Assembly: GCA_965219685.1 (NCBI GenBank)
Contig: CBDCOH010000002.1
Span: 2,560,001 to 2,624,000 of the forward strand
From: Candidatus Spongiisociaceae bacterium
GTDB lineage: Bacteria; Actinomycetota; Acidimicrobiia; Spongiisociales; Spongiisociaceae
DNA length: 64,000 nucleotides
Reading direction: 5' to 3'
In this document: piece by piece, positions 29,529-40,949 of the stretch
Layout: each line of letters opens with the position of its first letter
Position numbering within the stretch: position 1 is the stretch's first letter
The notes under the pieces: model-generated
Seen by the model: the letters and a program-made list of their open reading frames with translations, nothing else
Databases searched by the model: none
Told to the model about the DNA's origin: nothing
Made by a program: the position numbers and the translations under genes

Positions 29529-30623
29529 ATGCGAGGAAAACGCACAGTACTTCTAGCCCTCCCGGCCCTCCTTGCCCTGGTTATGGCCACGGCATGCGGT
29601 GGGGAGTCGGAGGAGACCACCACCACGGCTGCCGCGCCTGCCACGACCGCGGCGGCCGAAACGACGACAACAACCGAGGCGGCACCCGAGGCCAGCCTCA
29701 AGGTCGCTGTCGCCTATGACCTGGCCGGCAGAGGGGACGGCGGATTCAACGATCTCGCCTACAACGGCGCCGAGCAGGCCGCGGCCGAACTCGGACTCGA
29801 GCTGACCGAGGTCACCGCGAAGGCGGAGGACACCGACCAGGATCGTTCCGATCGTCTGAGGCTGCTGGCGGATTCGGGTCACAATCCGATCATCGCGGTC
29901 GGGTTCACGTACGCTGGTCCGGTCGCCGAAGTTGCAGCCGAGTACCCCGACGTGTGGTTCGGAATCGTCGACGACGCCACGGTGGAGGCACCCAACGTCG
30001 CCGGTCTGGTGTTCGCCGAGGAGGAGGGTTCCTTCCTCGTCGGAGTGGTGGCCGCGCTCGAGAGCGAGACCGGCCATGTGGGATTCATCGGCGGTGTGAA
30101 CGTTCCGCTGATCGTCAAGTTCGAAGCCGGTTACATCGCGGGTGCGAAGACCGTGAACCCCGACATCGAGATCACATCCACATACCTCAGCCAGCCCCCG
30201 GACTTCTCCGGATTCAACGATCCGGCCAAGGGCAAGGAGGCGGCCAAGGGAATGTTCGATGCCGGTGCCGACATCGTGTACGCAGCCGCCGGTGGATCCG
30301 GCGGGGGACTCTTCGAAGCGGCCACAGAAGGCGGGTACCTGGCCATCGGTGTGGATGCCGACCAGTACCACACGGCTGCGCCCGAGGTACGCGACGTCAT
30401 CATGACCTCGATGCTGAAGAACGTGAACGTGGCCACCCACACCTTCGTCACGCAGGTGGCGGCCGGGTCCGCCCAGGCAGGGCTCAACCTGTTCGATCTC
30501 GAAGCGGGAGGCGTCGGCTATTCGACCTCGGGTGGTCTGATCGACCACATCGTCGACGAAGTAGATGCCTACGCGGCGCAGATCATCTCCGGCGAGATTA
30601 CGGTTCCTTCCACGACAGGCTAG
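29529..30623 (+). CDS. BMP-family (PnrA-like) nucleoside ABC transporter substrate-binding lipoprotein
   Basis: Lipobox ATAC, GRGDGGFND, VGF, FAEEEGSFLVG, AIGVDADQ and TSMLK. Confidence 0.93.
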   Translation: MRGKRTVLLALPALLALVMATACGGESEETTTTAAAPATTAAAETTTTTEAAPEASLKVAVAYDLAGRGDGGFNDLAYNGAEQAAAELGLELTEVTAKAEDTDQDRSDRLRLLADSGHNPIIAVGFTYAGPVAEVAAEYPDVWFGIVDDATVEAPNVAGLVFAEEEGSFLVGVVAALESETGHVGFIGGVNVPLIVKFEAGYIAGAKTVNPDIEITSTYLSQPPDFSGFNDPAKGKEAAKGMFDAGADIVYAAAGGSGGGLFEAATEGGYLAIGVDADQYHTAAPEVRDVIMTSMLKNVNVATHTFVTQVAAGSAQAGLNLFDLEAGGVGYSTSGGLIDHIVDEVDAYAAQIISGEITVPSTTG

Positions 30624-30629
30624 GAGTCG

Positions 30630-32147
30630 ATGCCCGCCCCGGCCATCGAGCTACGAGGAATCACAAAGAGATACCCGGGAGTCGTCGCCAACCGGGACGT
30701 GAACCTCCGTGTCGAGTCCGGTACCGCGCACGCGGTGATCGGCGAGAACGGGGCGGGCAAGTCGACCCTGATGAACATTCTGTACGGGATGGTTGTGCCC
30801 GATGAAGGAGAGATCCTCGTCGAAGGCACACCCATCCCGATGTCGTCGCCGGCCGATGCCATCGCCGCGGGGATCGGAATGGTGCACCAGCACTTCAAGC
30901 TGGCTGACAACCTGACCGTTCTCGAGAACGTGATCCTGGGCGACGAGCCGACCGGACGCGCCGGCCGGATCGATTTCGAGACCGCGCGGGCCCGGATCGT
31001 GGAGTTGGGGGATCACTACCGGATCCCCATCGAGCCGGACGCCCTGGTCGCCGACCTATCCGTCGGGAACCGGCAGCGGGTCGAGATCATAAAGGTCCTC
31101 TACCGCGGCGCGCGGGTGCTGATCCTGGACGAACCCACGTCGGTGCTGGTCCCCCAAGAGGTGGACGAGCTGCTCAAGAACCTGCGGAGGCTGACCGGCG
31201 ACGGCCTGACCGTGATCTTCATCTCCCACAAGCTCGACGAGGTTCTGGCGGTCGCCGACGAGATCACGGTGATGCGGAACGCGAGGACCGTGGCCCACAC
31301 CAGACCGGCGGAGATCACGTCCAGGGAGCTGGCGCAGCTCATGGTCGGCAGCGAGCTACCGACACCCGAGCCGAGGACCGTCGAGGTGCGTCCGGAGGTC
31401 GGGCTCAGGCTCGAGTCCGTGTCCACGCGGGGTAGCGGTCACGAGACCAGCCTCTCGGACATCGACCTCACCGTCCGGTCCGGCGAGATCGTGGGTATCG
31501 CCGGTGTGGAGGGAAACGGCCAGTCCGAGCTCATCGAGACCATTCTCGGGCTGACCAGTCCCGTTGCCGGCCGCGTGCTGTTCGGCAGCGAGGACGTCAC
31601 GGAGGCGGCCACCAGCGTCCGGCGTCGCCTGGGACTCGCCTACATTCCCCAGGATCGTCACCGCGAGGCTCTGTTGCTGGACGCGGCCCTGTGGGAGAAC
31701 CGCATCCTCGGCCACCAGATGCATCCGCCGATCAATCGCGGGGTGTGGATCGATCGCAAGGCGGCCCGCGCGGATACGGAGAGGATCGTCGCCGACTCGG
31801 ACGTGCGCACTCCCAGCATCGAGGTGCTGGCCTCGGCGCTCTCCGGCGGCAACCAGCAGAAGCTGATCGTCGGCCGCGAAATGGCCGGGGATCCCCGGGT
31901 GCTCATCGCGGCCCATCCGACCCGTGGAGTGGACGTGGGCGCCCAGGCAGCGATCTGGACGCGGTTGTCGGCGGTCAGGCGGGCCGGAGTAGCCGTATTG
32001 CTGGTATCGGCGGACCTTGAGGAGTTGATCGGGATCTCGGATCGGATCCTCGTGATCCTGCGAGGCCGCTTGGTGGGCGAGTTCGATCCCGCGGCGATCG
32101 GGCCGGAGGATCTGGGTGCTGCCATGACGGGAGCCGATGCCGCGTGA
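30630..32147 (+). CDS. Nucleoside/sugar ABC transporter ATPase (duplicated NBD)
   Basis: GENGAGKSTLM, GMVHQHF, LILDEPT, GIAGVEGNGQ, LSGGNQQK and PTRGVD. Confidence 0.95.
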   Translation: MPAPAIELRGITKRYPGVVANRDVNLRVESGTAHAVIGENGAGKSTLMNILYGMVVPDEGEILVEGTPIPMSSPADAIAAGIGMVHQHFKLADNLTVLENVILGDEPTGRAGRIDFETARARIVELGDHYRIPIEPDALVADLSVGNRQRVEIIKVLYRGARVLILDEPTSVLVPQEVDELLKNLRRLTGDGLTVIFISHKLDEVLAVADEITVMRNARTVAHTRPAEITSRELAQLMVGSELPTPEPRTVEVRPEVGLRLESVSTRGSGHETSLSDIDLTVRSGEIVGIAGVEGNGQSELIETILGLTSPVAGRVLFGSEDVTEAATSVRRRLGLAYIPQDRHREALLLDAALWENRILGHQMHPPINRGVWIDRKAARADTERIVADSDVRTPSIEVLASALSGGNQQKLIVGREMAGDPRVLIAAHPTRGVDVGAQAAIWTRLSAVRRAGVAVLLVSADLEELIGISDRILVILRGRLVGEFDPAAIGPEDLGAAMTGADAA

Positions 32148-33244
32148 TCGAGACCCGCATCGAACGTGTTCTGCTCCAGTTGATCGCGCCGGTGGTCGCC
32201 ATCTTCTTCGCCGCCCTCCTGGCCGCTGCCATCCTCCACTTCACGGGCGCCGACGCCGGAAGCGTGCTCGGCGAAGTGGTTGCGTTCGGGACCACGCCGG
32301 CGAGCCTGGTGGCTGTGGTCAACAAAGCCACGACGTTCTACCTGGCAGGAATTGCCGGCGCGATCGGGTTCCGGATGCTGCTCTTCAACATCGGCATCGA
32401 CGGGCAGTACCGGCTTGCGGTGTTCTTCGCCGCGGTGGTGGGCGCGTCGGTGTCGCTTCCGCCGGTCCTCCATGTCACGCTCATCATCCTCGTCGCCATG
32501 GTGGTCGGCGCCGGATGGGCGGCACTCGCCGGTTACATCAAGGTGACGCGCGGGGTCTCGGAGGTCATCAGCACGATCATGCTCAACGCCGTCGCAACCG
32601 GAATCATCGCCTACCTCCTCGCTCCTGGAAGACTGGCCGAGCAAGCGGCCGGTAGTAACAACATCCGGACCACACCGATACCGGCCTCCGGGTGGTTTCC
32701 CGGTTTCGAGGTCGCAGGCAAGGAGGTGTTCGGCTTCACGCTGGTGGCGGTGGCTCTGGGCATCGCCTTCTGGATCCTCCTCAACCGGACCCGCTTCGGC
32801 TTCGAGCTGCGCGCCAGCGGCCTCTCGCTCCGGGCTGCCGCGGTCAGCGGCGTCAACTCCAAGCGCATGATCTTCGTGACGATGGTCATGTCCGGAGCGA
32901 TGGCCGGTCTGGTGGGGATACCCCAACTCCTCGGGTCGTCTCACCAGTACGGCCTCGACTTCCCGGCCGGCTTCGGGTTCACCGGCCTCGCCATCGCGAT
33001 CCTCGGCCGTAACCATCCCCTGGGCGTCGCCTTCGGTGCCCTGCTCTGGGCGTGGCTGGAGCGATCCTCCCAGATTCTCGACCTGCTCGGCGTGTCGCGC
33101 GAGATAGTGACCATCATGCAGGCCACGATCGTGTTGAGCGTGGTGGTGGCCTATGAGGTAGTCCGCAGGGTCAACGTGCGCCGGCAGCAGAAGCTGGTCG
33201 GCCGGAGCGAACACGGAGGCATCGAGAACGGGGCAACCGCGTGA
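32144..33244 (+). CDS. Nucleoside ABC transporter permease 1
   Basis: LFNIGIDGQ, SEVISTIMLN, GFELRASG and GFTGLAIAILGRNHP. Confidence 0.93.
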   Translation: MIETRIERVLLQLIAPVVAIFFAALLAAAILHFTGADAGSVLGEVVAFGTTPASLVAVVNKATTFYLAGIAGAIGFRMLLFNIGIDGQYRLAVFFAAVVGASVSLPPVLHVTLIILVAMVVGAGWAALAGYIKVTRGVSEVISTIMLNAVATGIIAYLLAPGRLAEQAAGSNNIRTTPIPASGWFPGFEVAGKEVFGFTLVAVALGIAFWILLNRTRFGFELRASGLSLRAAAVSGVNSKRMIFVTMVMSGAMAGLVGIPQLLGSSHQYGLDFPAGFGFTGLAIAILGRNHPLGVAFGALLWAWLERSSQILDLLGVSREIVTIMQATIVLSVVVAYEVVRRVNVRRQQKLVGRSEHGGIENGATA

Positions 33245-34473
33245 AGACTATCCGCGAGCCCAGGTCTTCGCCCTCGATCTGGGGACGATGGTGGGTGCGG
33301 GTGCTGCTGGCCCTCCTGCTGCTGTCGGCGGTCGCCGACATTGCGAACACCCCGGACCTGCTGTCACGCGGCGCTGTGAGCGCCTCGCTCCGATTTGCGG
33401 TTCCGATCGTCCTGGCCGGGCTCGGCGGGTTGTGGGCGGAGCGCTGCGGCGTCATCAATATCGGCCTCGAGGGCATGATGATCATCGGTACCTGGATGGG
33501 GGCGTGGGCCGGGTTCCAGTGGAGTCCCTGGGTCGGAGTGCTGGCTGCGGTCGCGGGCGGGGCGGTGTTCGGCGCTTTCCACGCCCTGATGACGGTCTCG
33601 TTCGGCGTGGATCAGGCCGTTTCGGGCATCGCCATCAACGTTGCCGCCCTGGGACTGGGCCGGTTCCTGTCGTCGATCTTCTTCGAAGGCCAGCCGGGAG
33701 GAGGGATCAGCCAGTCACCGCACGTCGGCCAGATCGCAAACGTGTCGGTCCCCGGTCTCGCCGAAGTGCTCGATCCGATCGCGCGGCTGGAGACCCCGGT
33801 GATCTCGGACATCGCCGAGATCGGACTCGGCGTGACCACCGGCGTGTCGCTCCTGACCCTGCTGGCGGCCATGCTGGTGTTCCTGTCGTGGTGGGTCCTC
33901 TTCCGGACCAGCTTCGGGCTGCGGCTGCGGGCCTGCGGTGAGAACCCGGCGGCAGCGGATTCTCTCGGAGTGAACCCGAACCGGATGCGCTACGCGGCAC
34001 TCACGGTGTCGGGCGCCCTGGCAGGCCTCGGCGGGGCCTTTTTGGTGACGGTGGCTTCCTCGATCTACCGCGAAGGGCAGGTGGCGGGACGCGGATTCAT
34101 CGGTCTGGCCACGGTCATCTTCGGGAACTGGATGCCGGGTCGCCTCACCATCGGAGCACTTCTCTTCGGGTTCACCGACGCGCTCCGGACCCGCCAGGAG
34201 ACCACGATGACGGCCCTGCTGATCGTCGGGGCGGTGGTGTTCGCCTTCCTTACCGTCCGGGCTATACGCACCCGCAATCGAGGCGCGACCTTCGCGTATG
34301 CGATCGCCGCGGTGGGTCTGGGCTGGTGGTTCCTGGGCTTCGGAGTCGTCCCGTCGGAATTCGTCGGCTTCGCTCCGCACCTGACCACGCTGCTCGTTCT
34401 GTCCCTGGCGCACCAGAAGATTCGCCCTCCGCAGGGAATCGGCGTTCCCTACCGGCGCAGCGAGGCCAACTGA
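33241..34473 (+). CDS. Nucleoside ABC transporter permease 2
   Basis: ERCGVINIGLEGMM, GLRLRACGENP.AADSLG and GRGFIGLA.VIFGNW. Confidence 0.93.
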   Translation: MKTIREPRSSPSIWGRWWVRVLLALLLLSAVADIANTPDLLSRGAVSASLRFAVPIVLAGLGGLWAERCGVINIGLEGMMIIGTWMGAWAGFQWSPWVGVLAAVAGGAVFGAFHALMTVSFGVDQAVSGIAINVAALGLGRFLSSIFFEGQPGGGISQSPHVGQIANVSVPGLAEVLDPIARLETPVISDIAEIGLGVTTGVSLLTLLAAMLVFLSWWVLFRTSFGLRLRACGENPAAADSLGVNPNRMRYAALTVSGALAGLGGAFLVTVASSIYREGQVAGRGFIGLATVIFGNWMPGRLTIGALLFGFTDALRTRQETTMTALLIVGAVVFAFLTVRAIRTRNRGATFAYAIAAVGLGWWFLGFGVVPSEFVGFAPHLTTLLVLSLAHQKIRPPQGIGVPYRRSEAN

Positions 34474-34504
34474 TGGGGTCGAATCCCCCGGAAGGAGAGG
34501 GAAC

Positions 34505-35506
34505 ATGGTGAGAGGACGGTACTGGGAAGGTCCGGTGCTGCGGTCCGTGGCGAACGTGGTGGACCGCTCGCAGCATGTCCATACGTCGAAGGACGCCGTG
34601 GACCGGGTTGCCGCGTGGATGGCCTACGAGGAGTTTTCGTTCCCACGCGGCGGGGCGGTCGGCGAGTTCGACGTGGGCTCCGACCCTGACGACATCATCG
34701 ATGTCACCATGCTGGTGTCGACCCTGAACTTCGCCTTCACGGACTTCGACACCGGACGCAAGTTCGAGGCCGACTACAAGGGGCAGACCTGGTCGGACAG
34801 CCTCGGAATGTTCGCCTGCCTCCATCAGGCCCTCTCGAACGGCGTCCCGCTGCTCGAAGGCCAGTACCTGGCGTCGGTCACGAGAGATGATCTCGATGAC
34901 ATCTTCCGGGGCAACATCGAGATGCCGATGCTCGACGAGCGCAGCGAGATCCTCAACGAGGTAGGGGCTGTGCTGGTGGATCGGTACGGGGGCCGGTTCC
35001 ATCGTTTCGTCCGCAGCTGCGCCCCGGCGATGTACGCGGAAGGTGACGGGCTCATGGAACGGCTCATAGCCGAGTTCCCCCGGTTCGATGACACGAGCAC
35101 CTATCACGGTGCGAACGTGCACATCCACAAGCTCGCCCAACTGGGTCTGTGGACCCTGCACATGGCGCTGCACGCCTCCGGCGAGTGGAGCCTCAGGGAC
35201 CTGTCGATGACAACCGCCTTCGCCGACTACATCGTTCCGGTGGCCTTGGAGGTGATGGGAATCTTCGAGTACACCCCCGAGTTGTCGACCCGCATCGCCG
35301 AGGGCCACATGATCGAGCGTGACAGCGATGAGGAGATCGAGATCCGGGCCCATACCCTGTACGCCACCGCGCTGTTGACGGACGCCATCAACGCTCTGAG
35401 GCCTGCAGACCTCAGCGTTGTGATCCCCCAGGTCGATTTCCGTCTGTGGTCGAAGTACCACGCCACCTTCCGTCCCCACCATCTGACCAGAACGGTGATG
35501 TACTGA
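34505..35506 (+). CDS. Queuosine salvage protein (DUF2419 / QNG1-like queuosine nucleoside/nucleotide N-glycosylase)
   Basis: LNFAF, FPRFDD, KLAQL, TAFADYIVP.AL, EEIEIRA, QVDFRLW and C-terminal PHHLTRTVMY match the conserved blocks of DUF2419. Confidence 0.88.
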   Translation: MVRGRYWEGPVLRSVANVVDRSQHVHTSKDAVDRVAAWMAYEEFSFPRGGAVGEFDVGSDPDDIIDVTMLVSTLNFAFTDFDTGRKFEADYKGQTWSDSLGMFACLHQALSNGVPLLEGQYLASVTRDDLDDIFRGNIEMPMLDERSEILNEVGAVLVDRYGGRFHRFVRSCAPAMYAEGDGLMERLIAEFPRFDDTSTYHGANVHIHKLAQLGLWTLHMALHASGEWSLRDLSMTTAFADYIVPVALEVMGIFEYTPELSTRIAEGHMIERDSDEEIEIRAHTLYATALLTDAINALRPADLSVVIPQVDFRLWSKYHATFRPHHLTRTVMY

Positions 35507-36702
35507 CCTGGCTGCTCCGGCGAACCGGCCCCGGCGGCTATCGGGCCGTGATGCGCATACCTGGGGCCCGGCCTCTGCTGTGGTTCGGGCTGGTCGGTCG
35601 GTTTCCCAACTCCATGTACCCGGTCGGCCTGGTGTTCGCAGTGGAGGCGATCACGGGATCGTACGGGTTGGCGGGCTCGGCCTCGGCGGGCTTCAGCCTC
35701 GCCGGAGCGGTGGCGAAGCCCATCGGCGGACGGCTCGTGGACCGCTACGGCCAGCGCCTCGCGGCGCGGTCCCTGCTGGCAGCCTTCGTAGCTTGCACCG
35801 TGGGCCTGCTGGTGGCGATCAGGGCGGTGGCGGCGCCGTGGATAATCGTGCTGGTGGCGGTCGGTGCGGGGCTGACCGCGCCCACCATAGGCGCCCTGAC
35901 CCGGGTCCGCTGGACCCGGATGGCCGAGGCTTCCGACATGCCACGGTGGCAGGCCCTGGAGTCGGCGAGCGATGAGATCAACTTCATCGTCGGTCCTTCG
36001 GCGGTCTCGGTCATGGCGGCCTGGGTGACGGCTTCGGCATCCCTGGTGGCCGCGACGGCGTTGGCGATCGTAGGCACGCTCGGGGTGACATCACTACCGG
36101 GCGAGCCGCGGGCGGGCCGCGCGAACCGGCCGAGAGCCGGGAACTGGATCAGGGCAACCCATCTTGCCGTACTCGGTTCGGTGGGCGGTCTCGGGATGGT
36201 CCTGGGCGGTGTCACCGTTACGGTCGTCGCCTATACGGCCGAACTCGGATATCCCGCCTGGTCAGCAGTGATCTTTCCCCTCAATGCCGGGGCCAGCTTG
36301 GTGGCCGCGCTGTTCATAGGTCGCATCGGACCTGGCGACCTCATGTCCCAACACCGTAAGGCAACAGTCTGGCTCCTGTTGGTGCTGCTCCCGTACGGCC
36401 TCGGTAACGGCCTCCTGTGGTTCACGGCTACGGCGATGATCGCGGGCCTGGGAACGTCGCCGAACCTGATCCAGGTCAATTCGCTGGCTGTCGCAACCAC
36501 CCCGCCCGAGCGGCGGACCGAGGCACTCTCGTGGATCGCTGCTGCGGCCGGTGTCGGCATCGCCGCCGGATCGGCGATCACCGGCCTGCTGGTGGATGCC
36601 GTCGGTGCTGACGCGGCCCGGATAGCGGTCACCGCTTTCGGTGCTTGTCCCGCCGCTATTACGGTCGCCATGACCTTGACCGGACGGAGAGCGAACCGAT
36701 GA
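35503..36702 (+). CDS. MFS transporter
   Basis: About 12 hydrophobic segments, motif A GRLVDRYGQR, and E..FIVGP. Start uncertain: CTG 35503 overlapping the upstream TGA, or GTG/ATG at 35548-35551. Confidence 0.88.
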   Translation: MTWLLRRTGPGGYRAVMRIPGARPLLWFGLVGRFPNSMYPVGLVFAVEAITGSYGLAGSASAGFSLAGAVAKPIGGRLVDRYGQRLAARSLLAAFVACTVGLLVAIRAVAAPWIIVLVAVGAGLTAPTIGALTRVRWTRMAEASDMPRWQALESASDEINFIVGPSAVSVMAAWVTASASLVAATALAIVGTLGVTSLPGEPRAGRANRPRAGNWIRATHLAVLGSVGGLGMVLGGVTVTVVAYTAELGYPAWSAVIFPLNAGASLVAALFIGRIGPGDLMSQHRKATVWLLLVLLPYGLGNGLLWFTATAMIAGLGTSPNLIQVNSLAVATTPPERRTEALSWIAAAAGVGIAAGSAITGLLVDAVGADAARIAVTAFGACPAAITVAMTLTGRRANR

Positions 36703-37706
36703 CCACACCCATCTTGCTGGATGTCGACACCGGAATCGATGACGCGCTCGCCCTCCTCTACGCGGTGGCCTCCGCCGACGCCCGCCTTGTGGGTGTCAGT
36801 TGCGTCGCGGGCAACGTTTCGCTGGACGAGGTCACAGCCAACACGGCCGCCGTCCTGGATCTGGCCGGATGCCCGGAGACGGAGGTGTCGCCCGGCTGTG
36901 CCCGGCCGATCGAGCGACCGCTCGTCATCACCCCGGAGACCCATGGGCCCACCGGTACCGGGCATGAACGTCTCACGGCATCGCCCCAGCGGATAAGCGC
37001 CAGGTCCGGGGTCGATCTGATAGTCGACACCGCCCGTTCGCATCCGGGGGAGGTAACACTGGTGGCGCTCGGACCGCTGACGAACGTTGCGGTGGCCCTC
37101 GATCGGGAGCCTCGCCTGCTGTACCTGCTCAAGCGATTGGTGATCATGGGGGGTTGCTTCACCGTTGCCGGCAACACTGCTCCTCGTACCGAATGGAACA
37201 TGCATGTCGACCCGGAGGCGGCCAAGGCGGTATTCTCCGCCGCCGGTCGGGGTGCTCGCAGCTTGCCGCTCGTGATGCCGCTGGACCTGACCGAGCATGC
37301 GCGCCTCCTACCGGGCCACGTCTCGCGGATGGCCGAACTCGCCGGAACCGCGATGGAATCGCTGCAACCGCTGGTCTCCGGAGCTCACCCGCTGATGTCC
37401 TTCATCGCCAACGCGCTCAGGTTCTACATGGAGTTCCATCACCGCTACGACGGTTTCTACGGAGCCTTCGTCCACGATCCCTTCGCGGTAGCGGCCGCGA
37501 TGGATCCGTCCCTGGTGACTGTCGTGGAGACCACTGTCGATGTGGAGACGACCGGAGATCTGACGACCGGCGAATCCGTGGCGGACTTCAGAGGCTCCTG
37601 GGGCCGCGGCCGCAATGCCGCAGTCGCCTTGGACGGACGAGCGGACCTGTTCCTGGAACGCCTCGTGGTCAGGATCGGAGAACTGGCCGGCCGCCGGAGC
37701 GGGTAG
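36699..37706 (+). CDS. Nucleoside hydrolase (IU-NH / RihA family)
   Basis: DVDTGIDDALAL (DxDxGxDD), LGPLTNVA, IMGG, EWN..VDPEAA and VHDP. ATGA overlap with the MFS stop. Confidence 0.94.
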   Translation: MTTPILLDVDTGIDDALALLYAVASADARLVGVSCVAGNVSLDEVTANTAAVLDLAGCPETEVSPGCARPIERPLVITPETHGPTGTGHERLTASPQRISARSGVDLIVDTARSHPGEVTLVALGPLTNVAVALDREPRLLYLLKRLVIMGGCFTVAGNTAPRTEWNMHVDPEAAKAVFSAAGRGARSLPLVMPLDLTEHARLLPGHVSRMAELAGTAMESLQPLVSGAHPLMSFIANALRFYMEFHHRYDGFYGAFVHDPFAVAAAMDPSLVTVVETTVDVETTGDLTTGESVADFRGSWGRGRNAAVALDGRADLFLERLVVRIGELAGRRSG

Positions 37707-37819
37707 GAGCACATTGAGACGTCGGTCCCCGAAGGCTGAAGATCATGTCGGAGGTCGCCGAGCGGGCCTATTCAACCGTCGTACGGCCTCGCCGCGATCG
37801 CCGAGCGGGGATCGGTTGA

Positions 37820-38635
37820 TCAGAGGGCATCGGCCGCCGGGTAGGTTCCCAGGATGTGCAACTCCGCGAGGGTCGCAGGCCGCGGCTCTAGTACGGCCCG
37901 GACACCCTCGGGTCCGGGCCGGTGGAGCATGTCCGCGTAGAACCGGTACTTCCACGCTTCCTCGGCCGGTCGCGATTCCAACCTGGTCAGGTTGGCGCCT
38001 CGCAGTCCTAGTTCCGTCAGGGAGAGAGCGAGCGCTCCCGGGGAGTGAGCGGTCGCGAACACGAACGACGTCTTGTTCGCGTCCGGCGCCACTTGATAAC
38101 CGTCGGCTACGAGGACGACGAATCGGGTGGTGTTGTGCTCCCGGTCCATGAAGTCCTTTGCCAGCACAACCACGCTCTCGTCGAGCGCGGTGTCGGGCGG
38201 CGCGAGGGCCGCCGCGGTCGGGTCCCCCATCTCCACTATCAGCCGCACCGCTCCCGCCGTGTCGTGGGTGGCAAGCGGTTCCCATCCGGCCTGTTCGATC
38301 CGGTCGTCGGCCTGGGCCAGAGCCTGGGGATGGGAATGGACCGTCCTGATCATCTGGAGCGTCGCCCCGGCCAGCCCGATCACGGCATGGCGTACCTCGA
38401 CGAGATGCTCCCCAATTATTGAAGCACGGCTCCTGGTAAGCCTATCCAGAACCGGCAGGACGCTTCCCGTCGTGGAGTTCTCGATGGGGAGCATCAGCCG
38501 GTCCACCTCACCGTCGCGCAAGGCGTGGAAAGCGTGCGCGAAACCGCTGAAACCGAACCGCTCCGCATCCGGGAACAGTTCCCGGACCGCCTGGTCCGAA
38601 TACGATCGTCCTTCGCCCTGGTAGCCCACTCTCAT
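37820..38635 (-). CDS. pheA: Prephenate dehydratase
   Basis: VGYQG..SYS, PIENSTTGSV, SHPQALAQ, NTTRF and ACT domain PGAL...NLTRLESRP. Confidence 0.92.
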   Translation of the reverse strand: MRVGYQGEGRSYSDQAVRELFPDAERFGFSGFAHAFHALRDGEVDRLMLPIENSTTGSVLPVLDRLTRSRASIIGEHLVEVRHAVIGLAGATLQMIRTVHSHPQALAQADDRIEQAGWEPLATHDTAGAVRLIVEMGDPTAAALAPPDTALDESVVVLAKDFMDREHNTTRFVVLVADGYQVAPDANKTSFVFATAHSPGALALSLTELGLRGANLTRLESRPAEEAWKYRFYADMLHRPGPEGVRAVLEPRPATLAELHILGTYPAADAL

Positions 38636-38741
38636 CGGCCGCAGGGTACCTGGCCCTGACAACCCCGAAACCGTCCGGTCGAGCCGCATCCAGCCGGGCC
38701 CGGCCGGCCTGCCGGGCCGCTCCGATACCATTCCCTCCGCA

Positions 38742-40286
<1,545 letters not shown>

Positions 40287-40331
40287 CGCTCACCGTCTCG
40301 CGGTTGAATCGGACTGCGGTAGCATGCCCGG

Positions 40332-40949
40332 ATGCCAGCGCGCGGTCCTCTAATCGACAGAGCTACACCGCGAAACGAAGGGTTCAACGCCCAGGCCAAC
40401 CTCCCCTACTCGCTCCGCATCGAGGACTTTCGCCTAGCCATGCTGGACGTCTACGACCTCCTGCATGACATCAACCAGGCTTTACTAACCCGAGGCGTCA
40501 AACGTTTCGAGGAAACGGTTCGGGCAGCCATATTCTCGGGCATTCTGAGTGATACGATCGCCGCCTCTCTCGCCCAGCACTCGCGCGTGCTGACCGAGAA
40601 CGAGTTCCACAATGGCCACCCGGACTTGATACCTACCGGGGTCTATCCGCACAACAAGGTTCAATCCGGACATGAGGGCGTCGAGGTCAAGGCGACCAAG
40701 GGACGCGGGGCGGTGGATACCCACGGAGCCCGGGACGCTTGGCTTGTCGTATTCCGGTACAAGGTGGATTCACAGTCCGAGCCAGCGATCGAACGGGCTC
40801 CCACGAGATTCATCGAGATACTCCTCGGTCAACTAACAACGGACGACTTCAGGCGCAACGAACGGGGGGAGCTAGGAACCCGAACGGCAAGTCCCAACCG
40901 TGCCGGTATGAAAAAGCTACGTGCCAACTGGATCTATCGAGAACTCTGA
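40332..40949 (+). CDS. Putative type II restriction endonuclease (PD-(D/E)xK)
   Basis: HNGHPDL...GVEVKAT catalytic pattern. Adjacent to a DNA methyltransferase, with atypical codon usage. Confidence 0.65.
   Translation: MPARGPLIDRATPRNEGFNAQANLPYSLRIEDFRLAMLDVYDLLHDINQALLTRGVKRFEETVRAAIFSGILSDTIAASLAQHSRVLTENEFHNGHPDLIPTGVYPHNKVQSGHEGVEVKATKGRGAVDTHGARDAWLVVFRYKVDSQSEPAIERAPTRFIEILLGQLTTDDFRRNERGELGTRTASPNRAGMKKLRANWIYREL

Noticed and set aside
31658-35482. Long minus-strand ORFs (518 aa, 263 aa, 406 aa) and similar antisense ORFs throughout
   Set aside because: They mirror well-supported genes on the other strand, as expected from high-GC codon bias, and carry no family motifs.
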